From: an uncultured archaeon
Lineage (GTDB): Archaea > Thermoproteota > Nitrososphaeria > Nitrososphaerales > Gagatemarchaeaceae
Assembly: GCA_963817525.1 (NCBI GenBank)
Contig: CAWFOU010000007.1
Location: forward strand, 992,001 to 1,056,000
Direction: 5' to 3'
DNA length: 64,000 bases
Every line of letters begins with the position of its first letter. The first letter of the stretch is position 1. Position numbers and translations under genes: made by a program. Under the pieces are notes generated by a model. It was not told where the DNA came from, searched no databases, and was given only the letters and a program-made list of their open reading frames with translations. Below, piece by piece: positions 1 through 9,417 of this stretch.

Positions 1-256
1 GTCATTCACAGGGGTCGTCCGGCCTTGGGTCGGTCCGCCTTCTAAGCAAGTATCCCGTTGGCGCGAGGCCACCACTCGCTTGCGAATCCAGCCGATTGCA
101 CTTGTATTACATTGTAAGCCATTGCTATATTAGCACGGGCATCACAAGAACTTGCGATGGGCTTTCAGAAGTTGCTTGCTGCGTTCCCTCTAATCCTCCT
201 GTCGATTGGGATGACGAGCATTCCGATTGCAGCCGGCTTGACGACAGGATTTCGAT

Positions 257-1300
257 GTGGTGTATCCAGTCCCGGGTGGAATCTTGGACGGTAAACGCAC
301 GCTAAGAAATGCATCGGTATGCGTATTGCTTTTGCTCATTGTGATCTCTCCAACTGCAATTATGGCCTCCGGCGACTCAACGAATGCAACAATGACCGCA
401 AAGGAATACGCAGCGTACATGAATCAGACCCCTACCCCGGGTCCCGGATGTTGGGAGAGTAACTATCCGAACACAACTTGGTTGTCGGTACCTTGCAGCC
501 AGCCTGACTACCCTGTTCCGACTGTCGGTGGTGGAACGGACGACTATGCCGACTACTCAGGCACGTCAAATGTTGGATGGGCACAAGGCGACTTTTCGAG
601 CGTATCCGGGATAACTACAGAGGCCGACAGCGGCAATCCTTGCAGCAATTCGAACGGCACGGGACATTGTTCAGACTATTACAGTCTCCAACTGAACACC
701 AACAGCTGGACATGCACGCCTCCCAGCGGTCATTCGACGACGTGCTGGGAGCAGTTCGTCTACACTGGCGCTAAAACTGTTGGAAATGTCGCGGTCTGGT
801 GGTACCTTCCGGGTTATCACGGTACTTGGAATAACTGTCCAACTGGTTTCTCACAACCAACGGGTTACCCGAACGATTGTACTGACACCACCAACATTGG
901 CGTTACACACGCGGACCCGCCAACGACGAAGCTTGGGTCCATGACACTTACCGGTCAGGCCAACTATGAGGGCAGCGGAGATGATGAAGCCTCAATGTGT
1001 GATGGAAATGGTTGTTACGCCGCGACCACCACGGGGTCTATCCTTGGGCTGTCTAGCAACTGGACCATAACTGAATTTAACGTACTAGGGTATGGAGGCG
1101 GGACTCAGGCACAATTCAACACGGGGAGCTCACTTACAGCAGAAATCTTCGAATATGACCACAATGGCAACATGATATCCCCAACATGCACGACTAGCAT
1201 TGGGTCAATAGTTACCGGGGAAACAGCCAACCTAAGTTTGGGTACTTGCACCGCCGTCTCTCCTCCGCTGGCGCACATCTCCTTCACTGAATCACACTAA
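257..1300 (+). CDS. Secreted Cys-rich thermopsin-like (acid/glutamic peptidase-like) protein
   Basis: Signal-like stretch VCVLLLLIVISPTAIMA (start may be TTG 284). Motifs YSLQLNT, CWEQFV, EFNVLGYGGG, TGETANL echo thermopsin SLQLN / WxQNV / ELVFGG / TAE..NL. Paralog of the N-terminal domain of 15736..18846. Confidence 0.6.
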   Translation: MVYPVPGGILDGKRTLRNASVCVLLLLIVISPTAIMASGDSTNATMTAKEYAAYMNQTPTPGPGCWESNYPNTTWLSVPCSQPDYPVPTVGGGTDDYADYSGTSNVGWAQGDFSSVSGITTEADSGNPCSNSNGTGHCSDYYSLQLNTNSWTCTPPSGHSTTCWEQFVYTGAKTVGNVAVWWYLPGYHGTWNNCPTGFSQPTGYPNDCTDTTNIGVTHADPPTTKLGSMTLTGQANYEGSGDDEASMCDGNGCYAATTTGSILGLSSNWTITEFNVLGYGGGTQAQFNTGSSLTAEIFEYDHNGNMISPTCTTSIGSIVTGETANLSLGTCTAVSPPLAHISFTESH

Positions 1301-1341
1301 AACATTAATAGCGATAGGATGTATTGCGCCGTGAAAAAACA

Positions 1342-1926
1342 ATGGCCAACGGCAGAAAGGCGCTCGCGCTTGTCGCGATTGTGATTCTGGTTGTAGGCGC
1401 CCTCAGCGTTTACTCCATTGTGGCGACGACCAAGTCGGTCGGACAAGGAAAGACAATCTCGTCGCTTGAATCGACGCTGAGTTCGATGGATTCACATCCG
1501 TTCATTTCTGTGAGCACTACAACGATCACCCTTTCTTCGACGGACACTCGACTTCCTTCTTTCCCATGGAACAGCAGCGCCGCGCAATATATGGCCGGTG
1601 CGAACTTTTGCAATGCCGGTTATGAGGGAGCTTGTTTCTCTAGCGCGTTCAGTAATGCTTACGTGTTCACTTGCCTCAACCAAGCCGCGACTCCACAGGG
1701 GTGCACGGTACGAATGAACGCGACCAACTCGATATCCTTCGTCGTCGTCACGGTCTGGTATCCTTACTACAACTCGACTGCGGGTGCGCCCGCTTGGGCA
1801 GATTGTGCTTGGAATAATCCCGGAGGAGGGGGTCCCAGCCAGTTCTATGCTGCGTTTGCATCCTACTGCTTCAAATTAGGTGGAAACGCCTTCATACTTA
1901 CCTCTCCACCTCTTCCCACAGCTTAG
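1342..1926 (+). CDS. Membrane-anchored extracellular Cys-rich protein (partner family 1)
   Basis: ATG 1342; N-terminal TM helix, Ser/Thr linker, six-Cys domain NAYVFTCLNQAATPQGC...WYPYYNST...WADC; homologous to 18848..19405. Confidence 0.75.
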   Translation: MANGRKALALVAIVILVVGALSVYSIVATTKSVGQGKTISSLESTLSSMDSHPFISVSTTTITLSSTDTRLPSFPWNSSAAQYMAGANFCNAGYEGACFSSAFSNAYVFTCLNQAATPQGCTVRMNATNSISFVVVTVWYPYYNSTAGAPAWADCAWNNPGGGGPSQFYAAFASYCFKLGGNAFILTSPPLPTA

Positions 1927-2123
1927 GGACCTTGGTGCTGTTCTCCATCACCTTGAATTCATGGAAAGCCCTTTGTATTGCAAATATAACGAGTCCAAGC
2001 CGACAACTCTAGGCTGAGACTCGTGAAGATATTGCGGAAGGGCAATCGTGGCTCTTGGACATGCGTCCCCCCTCGTATAGGCGCTGAAGTATCCAAAAGT
2101 GATTTTGCCTTGAGAAGGACTTG

Positions 2124-2672
2124 CTATTGGCCTTGCTTGGAAAAGCGAATCTTCAGTATGTTGCCCTTGACCTCTATCTGGAGTTTCCCTCTCGACAGAA
2201 CTTCGTAGGCCCCCGAGATATAGCTCTTCAGAAAATAGGACCACTTCTCACCGTACCCGTGGCGCAAGGTCATTCGTTCTGAGTTCTCGGACACGTTTCC
2301 TTCGACCGTGAACCACCCACCTACCTCCGCAAGTATGCTCACCAAGAACTCAACGAACGTCATCTGGCAGCCTGCGCTCTCCAAAAGTTCGAGCACCAGA
2401 GAATAGTTCTTCTTGCCCAGCGCGAACCCGTCCACTTCCAAGGAGTCGAGGTTCGCCGTGCTCATTATCGAAGCAAAGGTCTCACAGCCGAGCGCGATCC
2501 TGCCCAAGGCAGGAATCAGTGGATCGACCTTCAACGCTCTGGTCAGGACTTGCGCCACGTACATGTTTTCGCTGACATGAAGCCGTCGTGCAGTGCGTGC
2601 AAGCTCGAGTGTTAGACGCTCGTCAAGCCGGAACGCCTTGACTTTGGTATGGCTCGCCGTAGCCATTTCCAT
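2124..2672 (-). CDS. Ribbon-helix-helix regulator with C-terminal ligand-binding-like domain
   Basis: N-terminal KAFRLDERL..ELARTARR..VSENMYVAQVL fits RHH; C-terminal GGWF...HGYGEKWSYFL is shared with 56836..57303. Confidence 0.7.
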   Translation of the reverse strand: MEMATASHTKVKAFRLDERLTLELARTARRLHVSENMYVAQVLTRALKVDPLIPALGRIALGCETFASIMSTANLDSLEVDGFALGKKNYSLVLELLESAGCQMTFVEFLVSILAEVGGWFTVEGNVSENSERMTLRHGYGEKWSYFLKSYISGAYEVLSRGKLQIEVKGNILKIRFSKQGQ

Positions 2673-3345
2673 GAAAGAAACAGAGGAATCTCAATGCAGG
2701 TTCTATTTAGACTTGCCGTATTCACCGCAAAAATACAGCTTGGTGAACATTATTGCGTGAATCGCAACCGCGTTCCAATGTCACATTTCCTACCAGCAGG
2801 ATACCCAAGGTCGTCTTCACGAGCGTGCGCTCTATTATCTCGTCGGGTGATTTGGGCGATTCGAGAGGGGCATAGGTCGCAGGAAGATTTAAGGTTGACT
2901 GGATGAGTCAGGAAACTTGCGCAATTATCGTCTGGAAAGGTAACGACCCTAAACCCAACGAGGGCGTAAGAAGAGGAGACAACCTCATTGATTTTGTCAT
3001 AGGTTAACAATGCTGAAGAATAAAAATTGCGGTAAGCGTTTACCGTTATGAAGTTCCACGGTCAATATTCAGCTTCTGACGCTCATTTTAGCGACATTTC
3101 CATCACGAACTTCGGAACGGTAAACGTGTACAAATTGCGGAGTTCTTTAGAGTTCCCACGCTAGAGGCTCGCGGTTCCCGTGCAACAGCGAACGTCTGGC
3201 AAGTACTCTCCTAGAATCTTCCTCTGTCCTCCTGCTCAGCTTTTCTGCGTCGGCGGCTCCGGCTTACGCGAGAATGAATTGCGTCCCTTCTGGGCGCCTC
3301 GAAGGTATCTATCCTTTTGACAGTGTGTGCGCTCCCTGCCAAAAC

Positions 3346-3485
3346 CTAGGAGGCGAGCTTCCTGCTCCTCATGGCAAGATAGCCAGTTGCGATGGTGAAG
3401 ATCACGGCGACTACCGCTACTCCATACAGTAGGCCCGAGCTCACTCCTGTGGAGGATGTGGACGTGATTGTAGTTGCCCTTCCAG
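3346..3485 (-). pseudogene. Orphan 3' end of a surface-protein gene
   Basis: Minus strand reads ATTITSTSSTGVSSGLLYGVAVVAVIFTIATGYLAMRSRKLAS* (S/T linker, TM, basic tail), with an in-frame stop just upstream. Confidence 0.55.
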
Positions 3486-4417
3486 GTCAGCCTTCACCTG
3501 GAGAATGGTTTCCTGGAGAGGCTAATGGCAAGGCGGGCAGCCTCTGCCATCAGTATTGACCTGGAAATCGGTCCAAAAAACACACAAGGGGGATGGTATT
3601 AACTAACCCGCAACTCTCTACCGTCCTCTGTCTCCGGCTTCGCGTCATTGGCGCTATCGCAAGCCGATCAAGCTATGGTCGATTTGCTCATACCCGCATC
3701 AGAGGCATGTGATGCCCACCTGAGCGAACCTCTTACGACGCGTTCGAGTGCCTTGTGCCACCATCCACAACCATCCGCGGCTGGGACTAAACTGAGACCA
3801 GACTCCTTACCACGACACGCCAGCTCATTTCTGCCGGGCAGGGACGGATGTGCTTCGACTCAGATGAGCTTGTCCTCAGCTTGGCGAGCGCCCGCTCCGT
3901 CCGATTGTTGGCTTCGTGGCTGACGACCAGGACCATCGAGGTACTCGAGGGCGATAGCTACTTCCAAGTTGAAGAAACCGCGGACGCCAGGGCAGTGCCC
4001 CCTAAGGCTCATTGTCAGGGCGTCGAGGTCGACCGGAGACTTGGCCATCCTCTTCGAAAACCGATAATGCAACCCGGGTCCAACGAATCTCTTGCCCGGC
4101 TCAGCGTGCAAGGGCCTTTCGGTCCACAGTCGTTCCTCAGAATGCAGCAATCGCGCAGCTCTGCCGCTTGGGCATAGCCGAAGCCACTGCCTCTGGGACG
4201 GCACACTCCTACTGGAGTGGGCCTCTGTTTTTGTTTTGGGGGGGTTACTTTTTGCTAAGAATAGCAGTGGAGAAGTAGGCGGGTCTATTTAACGCGGCAA
4301 AATCGGGACCATTCCTATCGCGTTTTCCATAACCTCGGACACAGCCGAACCTAGCATACCTTGAGTTGAGAGCCAGTCAAGGCCTAACGACGACGCAAAA
4401 GCGCCGTTATCGAAGGC

Positions 4418-4779
4418 AAAGCGGACATCTTCAGGGGTCTGGACGGCGCCAAGGCGGACATTCGGGTCGAAAGTGGACATCGGGAGGCGGTTCTGACGGT
4501 GAATGTGGACATCAGGGGTGCCAAAAACGGGTCGCGGTTGCAACATCCATGTCCACCTTCGCGCGCCCAGGGGCGGCAAATGTCCACCTTCGGGCGGTCG
4601 GCGAGGGCGGAGTGGTCGTCGATGTCAACCTTGAGATCCAAAGGCTTGAGATCCAAGGGCCAGGCTTGACATTTTGGGCTCCAAGGTTGACATTTGTGGT
4701 TCGAAGTGAAGGACAGCTTCACGTGTCCACCTTGCCCCGGTAATGGGCGTGCAATGTCCACCTTCATGGATGTGGACAT
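4418..4779. repeat. Cluster of about 12 copies of an 11-bp motif ATGTCCACCTT, both orientations
   Basis: Forward copies at 4549, 4580, 4622, 4723, 4754; reverse (AAGGTGGACAT-like) copies at 4418, 4451, 4470, 4502, 4662, 4683, 4769. Confidence 0.85.
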
Positions 4780-4817
4780 GGGTCGCTTCGGGGCAGGAGC
4801 CAACCGAGGGGGCTGCT

Positions 4818-5337
4818 AATGCTCGACCCTCGAGCATTATGCATTTGGAGTAATGCGCAACCCTTGCGCACTAGCGCCTTCATGGCAATACGCAACCCTT
4901 GCGCATTAGGCAACCCCGTCTTCTCGGGAAACGCATGATTTGGCACGTGAGGAATGTCTGTGGGACCTGCGAGGCTTCTCGAACGCACCCGTTCACGACC
5001 AATGCACAACCCTTGTGCATTAGCTCGCTTGGGCAAAGGCACAACCCTTGTGCATTGACCAGTCCGAGAGGTTTCACCCCGGCCTCCGCAAAGCTGTACG
5101 CCAAGACCCGTTCCACTATGGAGCGTAACTTTTGAAGATCAAATCGGGCGGGTCCGGCAGTCGCATCATATCATGGGGCTAAGGGTGCTAGAGCTCCCCG
5201 TTAACCAGGAGGTGCAGGATTTGGTGGATACAGGGGAAAATCGATGACTTGTACGAGACACTCACAATTCTGCTCACGGCTGATGCCCAACCCTTGGGCA
5301 TTGCGGCGCATGGGATAATGCCCAAGCCTTGGGTATT
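4818..5337. repeat. Seven 21-bp palindromes AATGNNCAA-CCC-TTGNNCATT in 34-35-bp-period groups
   Basis: Copies at 4818, 4852, 4887; 5001, 5036; 5282, 5317. Confidence 0.9.
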
Positions 5338-5734
5338 GGCTAGCCCTATACGGCCACCGCCCACGTTCCGCCGATGGTAGGGCCAATCCTAAAGCATCCT
5401 CTTGAAGGGCGACGCCCCGCGCAGCTTTACCTGCCGATCGAGAAGCAGCGTGCCAGCGTCGACGTCGAACCGGCCTATCCGCCAAAGGCCAGTGCTCTTG
5501 ATGAGGCGTGCGCGAGCTGAGCGAGAGGTTCGCCTCGCGAGAACCCTATTTTCAGTTCAAGCACTAAAGGCGAAAAGGGTGCGACTGCCGATCTCTCGAT
5601 GAAAGCGTACGATGTCGACCTTCCCGGTGTTCTCTGAAGAAGACAGAAACTGTCGCGAGAGCGAAAGGTGGCGTAGGAACCGAACCCCGAAGAACGATTA
5701 GCTTAAGCCCGATTCGTTCCAGGTTACCGCGCAA

Positions 5735-6193
5735 TTGTCCGGGGATCTCAAATCAAGAGTAAAGTTGCCTGAAGGGTTCAGATTTCTGCGCGAGGGCGAC
5801 ATAGAACGACCATTTCGGACCGGCGACAAAACGATGGACAAGTATGCGCTCAGAGACTACCACGCTTGGAGCCTCCTGCCCAACGAGCTCGTGATCCTGT
5901 ATGAGGTCGCAGGTGATGTTGCGGGCATAATAGAGATGACGGTCGACGAAGACCACATAATGATCGAGATGGTGGCGCGGAACACCCTAGTTGCGGCTTC
6001 TGGCGTTGGGACAAGACTCATGAGCCTCGCTGAAAATGTCTCGAGGCAGCTGGGCAGGAGCGAAATCCGATTGGAATCCCTTGACGGCGTGGTTGCGTGG
6101 TATGACGGGCCTCTGGGGTACGAAGAGTACACCGAGAGATTCTACGATCCTGAGTTCGGCTGGCTGACCCCGAAGAGGAAGTTCATGCGGTGA
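5735..6193 (+). CDS. GNAT family N-acetyltransferase
   Basis: IEMVAR...SGVGTRLM (acetyl-CoA loop), IRLESL..VVAWY..LGY. Confidence 0.8.
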   Translation: MSGDLKSRVKLPEGFRFLREGDIERPFRTGDKTMDKYALRDYHAWSLLPNELVILYEVAGDVAGIIEMTVDEDHIMIEMVARNTLVAASGVGTRLMSLAENVSRQLGRSEIRLESLDGVVAWYDGPLGYEEYTERFYDPEFGWLTPKRKFMR

Positions 6194-6410
6194 CCTTGGC
6201 CTTCTGCCTCATCTTGCCTATGACCTTTCGCGACACAGCGTAGACGCCGGTATCTGGGTCGGACCTCACGATGTCCAGATAGTGCTGGACGACCTTGTGC
6301 TCGCGCAGGTAGTTGTCGATCACGCGGGACTTGTTGACTCCCTGGGCTATCGCCATGCTCTCCAGAGCGTCATCCAGCTCGTCAGTCAGCGAGATTGAGA
6401 TTTTCCTCAT
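6183..6410 (-). CDS. CopG/RHH DNA-binding protein
   Basis: From ATG 6410: MRKISISLTDELDDALESMAIAQGVNKSRVIDNYL; TATA-like ATTATATA about 30 bp upstream. Confidence 0.8.
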   Translation of the reverse strand: MRKISISLTDELDDALESMAIAQGVNKSRVIDNYLREHKVVQHYLDIVRSDPDTGVYAVSRKVIGKMRQKAKVTA

Positions 6411-6786
6411 GCTACCACGGTCATACTCTGGTAGCAGAGCGCTATATAATCTTGCCGGGAGTCTCTTCCGTTGATTCCCGAATGGACCTTGGCTGAGGCC
6501 AGAGATTCCTTTGCCAAAGAGCCGAAAGAAGAGCAGCCGAGGGAGCCAAGGGGCAAACCATCGGAGAGAGTGTTCTCGAAGGTACTCACAGCAGAGAAAC
6601 ATCGACAACTTTGGGAAGACTGCTTTCAGCGCCCAACGAGCTGTGTCCAGATTGACTCCGCGAGGGCTGCGCCAAGGAAGGGTCTGGCTGAGTACCCCTG
6701 TTTACGAAAGCGAAGATGGGCCTTCCTAGCTTCTAGTCGCAATCTTTCTCGCCTCGTTAGACGCCCAGAAAGCAACTCCTCAGACT

Positions 6787-6842
6787 AGTGTGCAACCCTT
6801 GCATATTAGCGCCTCTAGGGCAATGTGCAACGCTTGCACATT
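6787..6842. repeat. Two more copies of the 21-bp palindrome, 35 bp apart
   Basis: AGTGTGCAA-CCC-TTGCATATT (6787) and AATGTGCAA-CGC-TTGCACATT (6822). Confidence 0.85.
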
Positions 6843-7172
6843 AAGCTCGCATGGGCTCATGAGCAACCATGAGCTAATGAGGGTGATTCGCAAGCAGCCA
6901 AACGTCTCGCGAGGAAGCCAGAGGCCGAGCCAAGGACTCGGGAGGGAAAATCGGTCCAAAAAAAATAATGAGAGGAGATAAGAGAATATCCGCAACGAGT
7001 CCGTGCGACCATTTCGACTCCCCCAAAATGAGCGGCCTCGACAGCCGCCGCTAGTAACGGTCGGTCTCCGATTCGTCGGTTTCGGTCAGTTCAGAGAGAA
7101 AATAAATTTAGACAGCATCAAACACCACTGGAATATTTAACGGCCCACTGTCAGCTTGCCAAGCCTCCCACT

Positions 7173-7283
7173 AGGTTGCCACTCAAAGTCCTCCATTTGG
7201 CAACCTCATGACTCATTTTGGCAACCTGTCTCCTCGATTTGGCAACGTTGAATGGCAAGGTTGCCAAAACTAAATGGCAACCT
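7173..7283. repeat. Iteron-like TGGCAACC cluster
   Basis: TGGCAAC at 7198, 7219, 7240 (21-bp spacing) and 7275; inverted AGGTTGCCA at 7173 and 7258; AT-rich tract near 7095-7140. Confidence 0.75.
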
Positions 7284-7399
7284 GGGTTATCCTCCCGAAA
7301 TGGAGGAGACAGCCCAGAGCTGTCCCACTACCTGTCGAACTTTAGGAGTTAGAGCCTCTTGTTAAAAGCTCCAGACCACAGGGAAATCAGGAAATCGAA

Positions 7400-7618
7400 A
7401 TGGACTCCCGTAACGATGGCTCTGTCGACCTGCGACCATTCAAGGAGAAGCTAAAGAAAAGACTGCCATCCGAGAGTTTCGTCCTGATTGACCTCCTCAA
7501 CGAGCCGGATTCGATGCCGTCCACCCGGGCCGAGGTCCTGATCCCCCACTACCTCCAGAGACTGGAGAGAGAGCTTGAGAAGTACGAATCGAAAGGGCCT
7601 CTCGTCTTGAAGGCCTGA
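7400..7618 (+). CDS. Small hypothetical protein convergent with the integrase
   Basis: 72 aa, ATG start, protein-like composition, stop abuts the integrase stop. Confidence 0.55.
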   Translation: MDSRNDGSVDLRPFKEKLKKRLPSESFVLIDLLNEPDSMPSTRAEVLIPHYLQRLERELEKYESKGPLVLKA

Positions 7619-7619
7619 C

Positions 7620-9041
7620 CTAGGCCGTCCTCAGCCCTATCACAACCTTCTCATCGGGCAGGTCCCGCTTATAGTCCCACCCCTGCTCTATCCACTGCTC
7701 CAGCTCGCCGATGGGAACGACCTTCTGCGTCCCCTGCTTGAGCCCCAGCATCTGTTTGGACTTTTCGTGGATAAGCTCCTGCAGCTTCTCCAAGGTGAGT
7801 TGCGTGACGTCGCCCAACGCTTGGATCTCCGCTTCGGTGTACCCGAACATCTTCAAAGCCTCGACCCTCGCGGTGTTCACAACCTCGTCCCTGCTGATCG
7901 TGGGCTGGGCGAGCGTCTCGAGGTGCTTCGCGGCGGCCTGGGAGTAGGCTTGCCTCATCCTCTCCGCCACCTCCTTGGGCAGCCCCTTGTTCACGCTGTA
8001 CACCGACTCGATGTTCCCCACGTGCCCCATCCAGAACTCCCTCCACTCCCTCAGGATCAGCCTCTCGTACTCCGCGTTCATCATGCAGACCTCGAAGTAC
8101 CTCCTGAGGACGTACGGCCTCCAGGTGAAACCGGCGGCCACGATTGCCTGTTTGAGGCCGACGCAGACCTTGTTCGTGCTGATGTAGCTAGACTTTTGGT
8201 TCTTGATGGCCCCTATGAGCGGAGATTCGGGCGTCAGCTTCTCTCCCGGTAGGCGCACCTCCTCTAGGACTCCCACCCTCTCCCTCCCGTGGGACCAGGT
8301 CTTCCTGGTGTACACCTTCGTCCGCATCCTCCACTCGAGGTAGTTCTTGAGGTACTGACAGGCCTCCGGGGGAAGGAACACAAAGTAGGTGTGCCCCGCC
8401 TTGCTTATCGCCCTCCTGCACACCACCTGGGCGGGCGTGTTGAGGAAGGAGACCGTCCCTCCCACCGCGTTCCCGGCCCCGTCGAGTAGGTTCTCGATCT
8501 TGAGGTCGGGGAAGTCGGCCAGCTTGAGCCCGTCGTCCCCCACCATGTTTCCCTGCACCTCGGGCCTGAACCCGCAGAAGGCGATGAGGGAGATCGAGAC
8601 CTTGGCCCTGATGTCGGCCACGTCGAGTATCCTCCTGAGCTCCTGGCGGGTGGGAGGCACCTCGTTCTCGTACTTGTTGTAGTCCGAGGCGCCGTAGATC
8701 CTGATGCTCTTGGGCGTCTCCATGTCGTTCCAGATCATCCAGCTCTTGACCGCCTTGACGTAGCCCTCGATGCCGGAGCCCTTGATCCCCTTCTTCTCAA
8801 AGTGGGTGATGAGGTCGTGGAGGAAGAACTTGGCCTGCTTCGTGTCCATGGTGACCAGCTCCTTCGGCGTGACCTTCAGCTCCTCGCAGGCGTAGGAGGC
8901 CTTGCGGAAGTAGACGGAAGCGGTCGTTATCGAACCGCGCTCCAGCGCCTCCACCCACCTCCTGAAATTCTCGTCCTCCCCCAGATAGTGGAAGTAGGGC
9001 GACTTCGCTAGACTCAGACTCCTCATCTTTCCATTTCTCAC
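7620..9041 (-). CDS. Tyrosine recombinase/integrase
   Basis: Catalytic pattern GFRPE ... YVLRRYF ... WMGH ... VYS; adjacent to tRNA 3' end. Confidence 0.92.
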   Translation of the reverse strand: MRNGKMRSLSLAKSPYFHYLGEDENFRRWVEALERGSITTASVYFRKASYACEELKVTPKELVTMDTKQAKFFLHDLITHFEKKGIKGSGIEGYVKAVKSWMIWNDMETPKSIRIYGASDYNKYENEVPPTRQELRRILDVADIRAKVSISLIAFCGFRPEVQGNMVGDDGLKLADFPDLKIENLLDGAGNAVGGTVSFLNTPAQVVCRRAISKAGHTYFVFLPPEACQYLKNYLEWRMRTKVYTRKTWSHGRERVGVLEEVRLPGEKLTPESPLIGAIKNQKSSYISTNKVCVGLKQAIVAAGFTWRPYVLRRYFEVCMMNAEYERLILREWREFWMGHVGNIESVYSVNKGLPKEVAERMRQAYSQAAAKHLETLAQPTISRDEVVNTARVEALKMFGYTEAEIQALGDVTQLTLEKLQELIHEKSKQMLGLKQGTQKVVPIGELEQWIEQGWDYKRDLPDEKVVIGLRTA

Positions 9042-9108
9042 CTGTTTGTTGCTTTTGGTGAGCGACAGGCGCTTTAAGGCGGGGCGGGGACTCAGACGAA
9101 TAATGGTG

Positions 9109-9219
9109 TGGACCGGGGGGGACTCGGACCCCCGACCTGTCCCAATCTGGACTCTTGGTTTGCCAAGGGATTGGACGACGAATAGTCGTCTCTATCCTAC
9201 CAAACTAGACGACCGGCCC
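9109..9219 (-). tRNA. tRNA-Ala(GGC) with two introns (27/28, 21 nt; 37/38, 16 nt)
   Basis: Acceptor GGGCCGG/CCGGTCC with the G3:U70 Ala identity pair; removing two BHB-bounded introns gives a 74-nt cloverleaf with stem GTCCC/GGGAC and loop TT-GGC-AT. Confidence 0.85.
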
Positions 9220-9417
9220 TCGGGGTCGTCTACAATAGAGCCGTTAAAAGAATTTCAGAATTCGACTAGTTTGCCGGACTTTCAGGAAGCTACCGTGTGC
9301 CAGCAAAGGCGCAACCCAACAAGGCATCGAGTGGCGAGTCGACCCGGATAGAATACCTGAACACCGTGACGCGTGGTCCCTTACAATCAGCAGGCAGATA
9401 AGGGCGCTTTCTAGAGA

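Larger units (their letters stand above)
1..9130 (-). mobile_element. Integrative element at the 3' end of tRNA-Ala(GGC); left boundary not visible
   Basis: Tyrosine integrase immediately downstream of and co-oriented with the tRNA; lower-GC cargo, gene remnants and dense short repeats. No second att copy found, so inclusion of 1-2700 is inferred. Confidence 0.65.

Noticed and set aside
289-3126. CGGTAAACG at 289, 3037 (reverse) and 3118 as an operator
   Set aside because: Only 9 bp, and one copy is probably within coding sequence; cannot be separated from chance.
4818-5337. Palindromic arrays as a CRISPR locus
   Set aside because: Spacers are only 13-14 bp and resemble each other, groups have 2-3 units, and there are no cas genes.
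3648-5602. Many short overlapping ORFs
   Set aside because: No motifs; recurring peptides (NAQGL, MST) are translations of the DNA repeats.
1-9100. Second att site for the tRNA-Ala element
   Set aside because: No copy of the tRNA 3' end found by eye; probably outside the window or lost.
9109-9219. Reading this tRNA as Pro(TGG) or Trp(CCA)
   Set aside because: Only the GGC register gives paired stems with two BHB motifs, and G3:U70 marks Ala.
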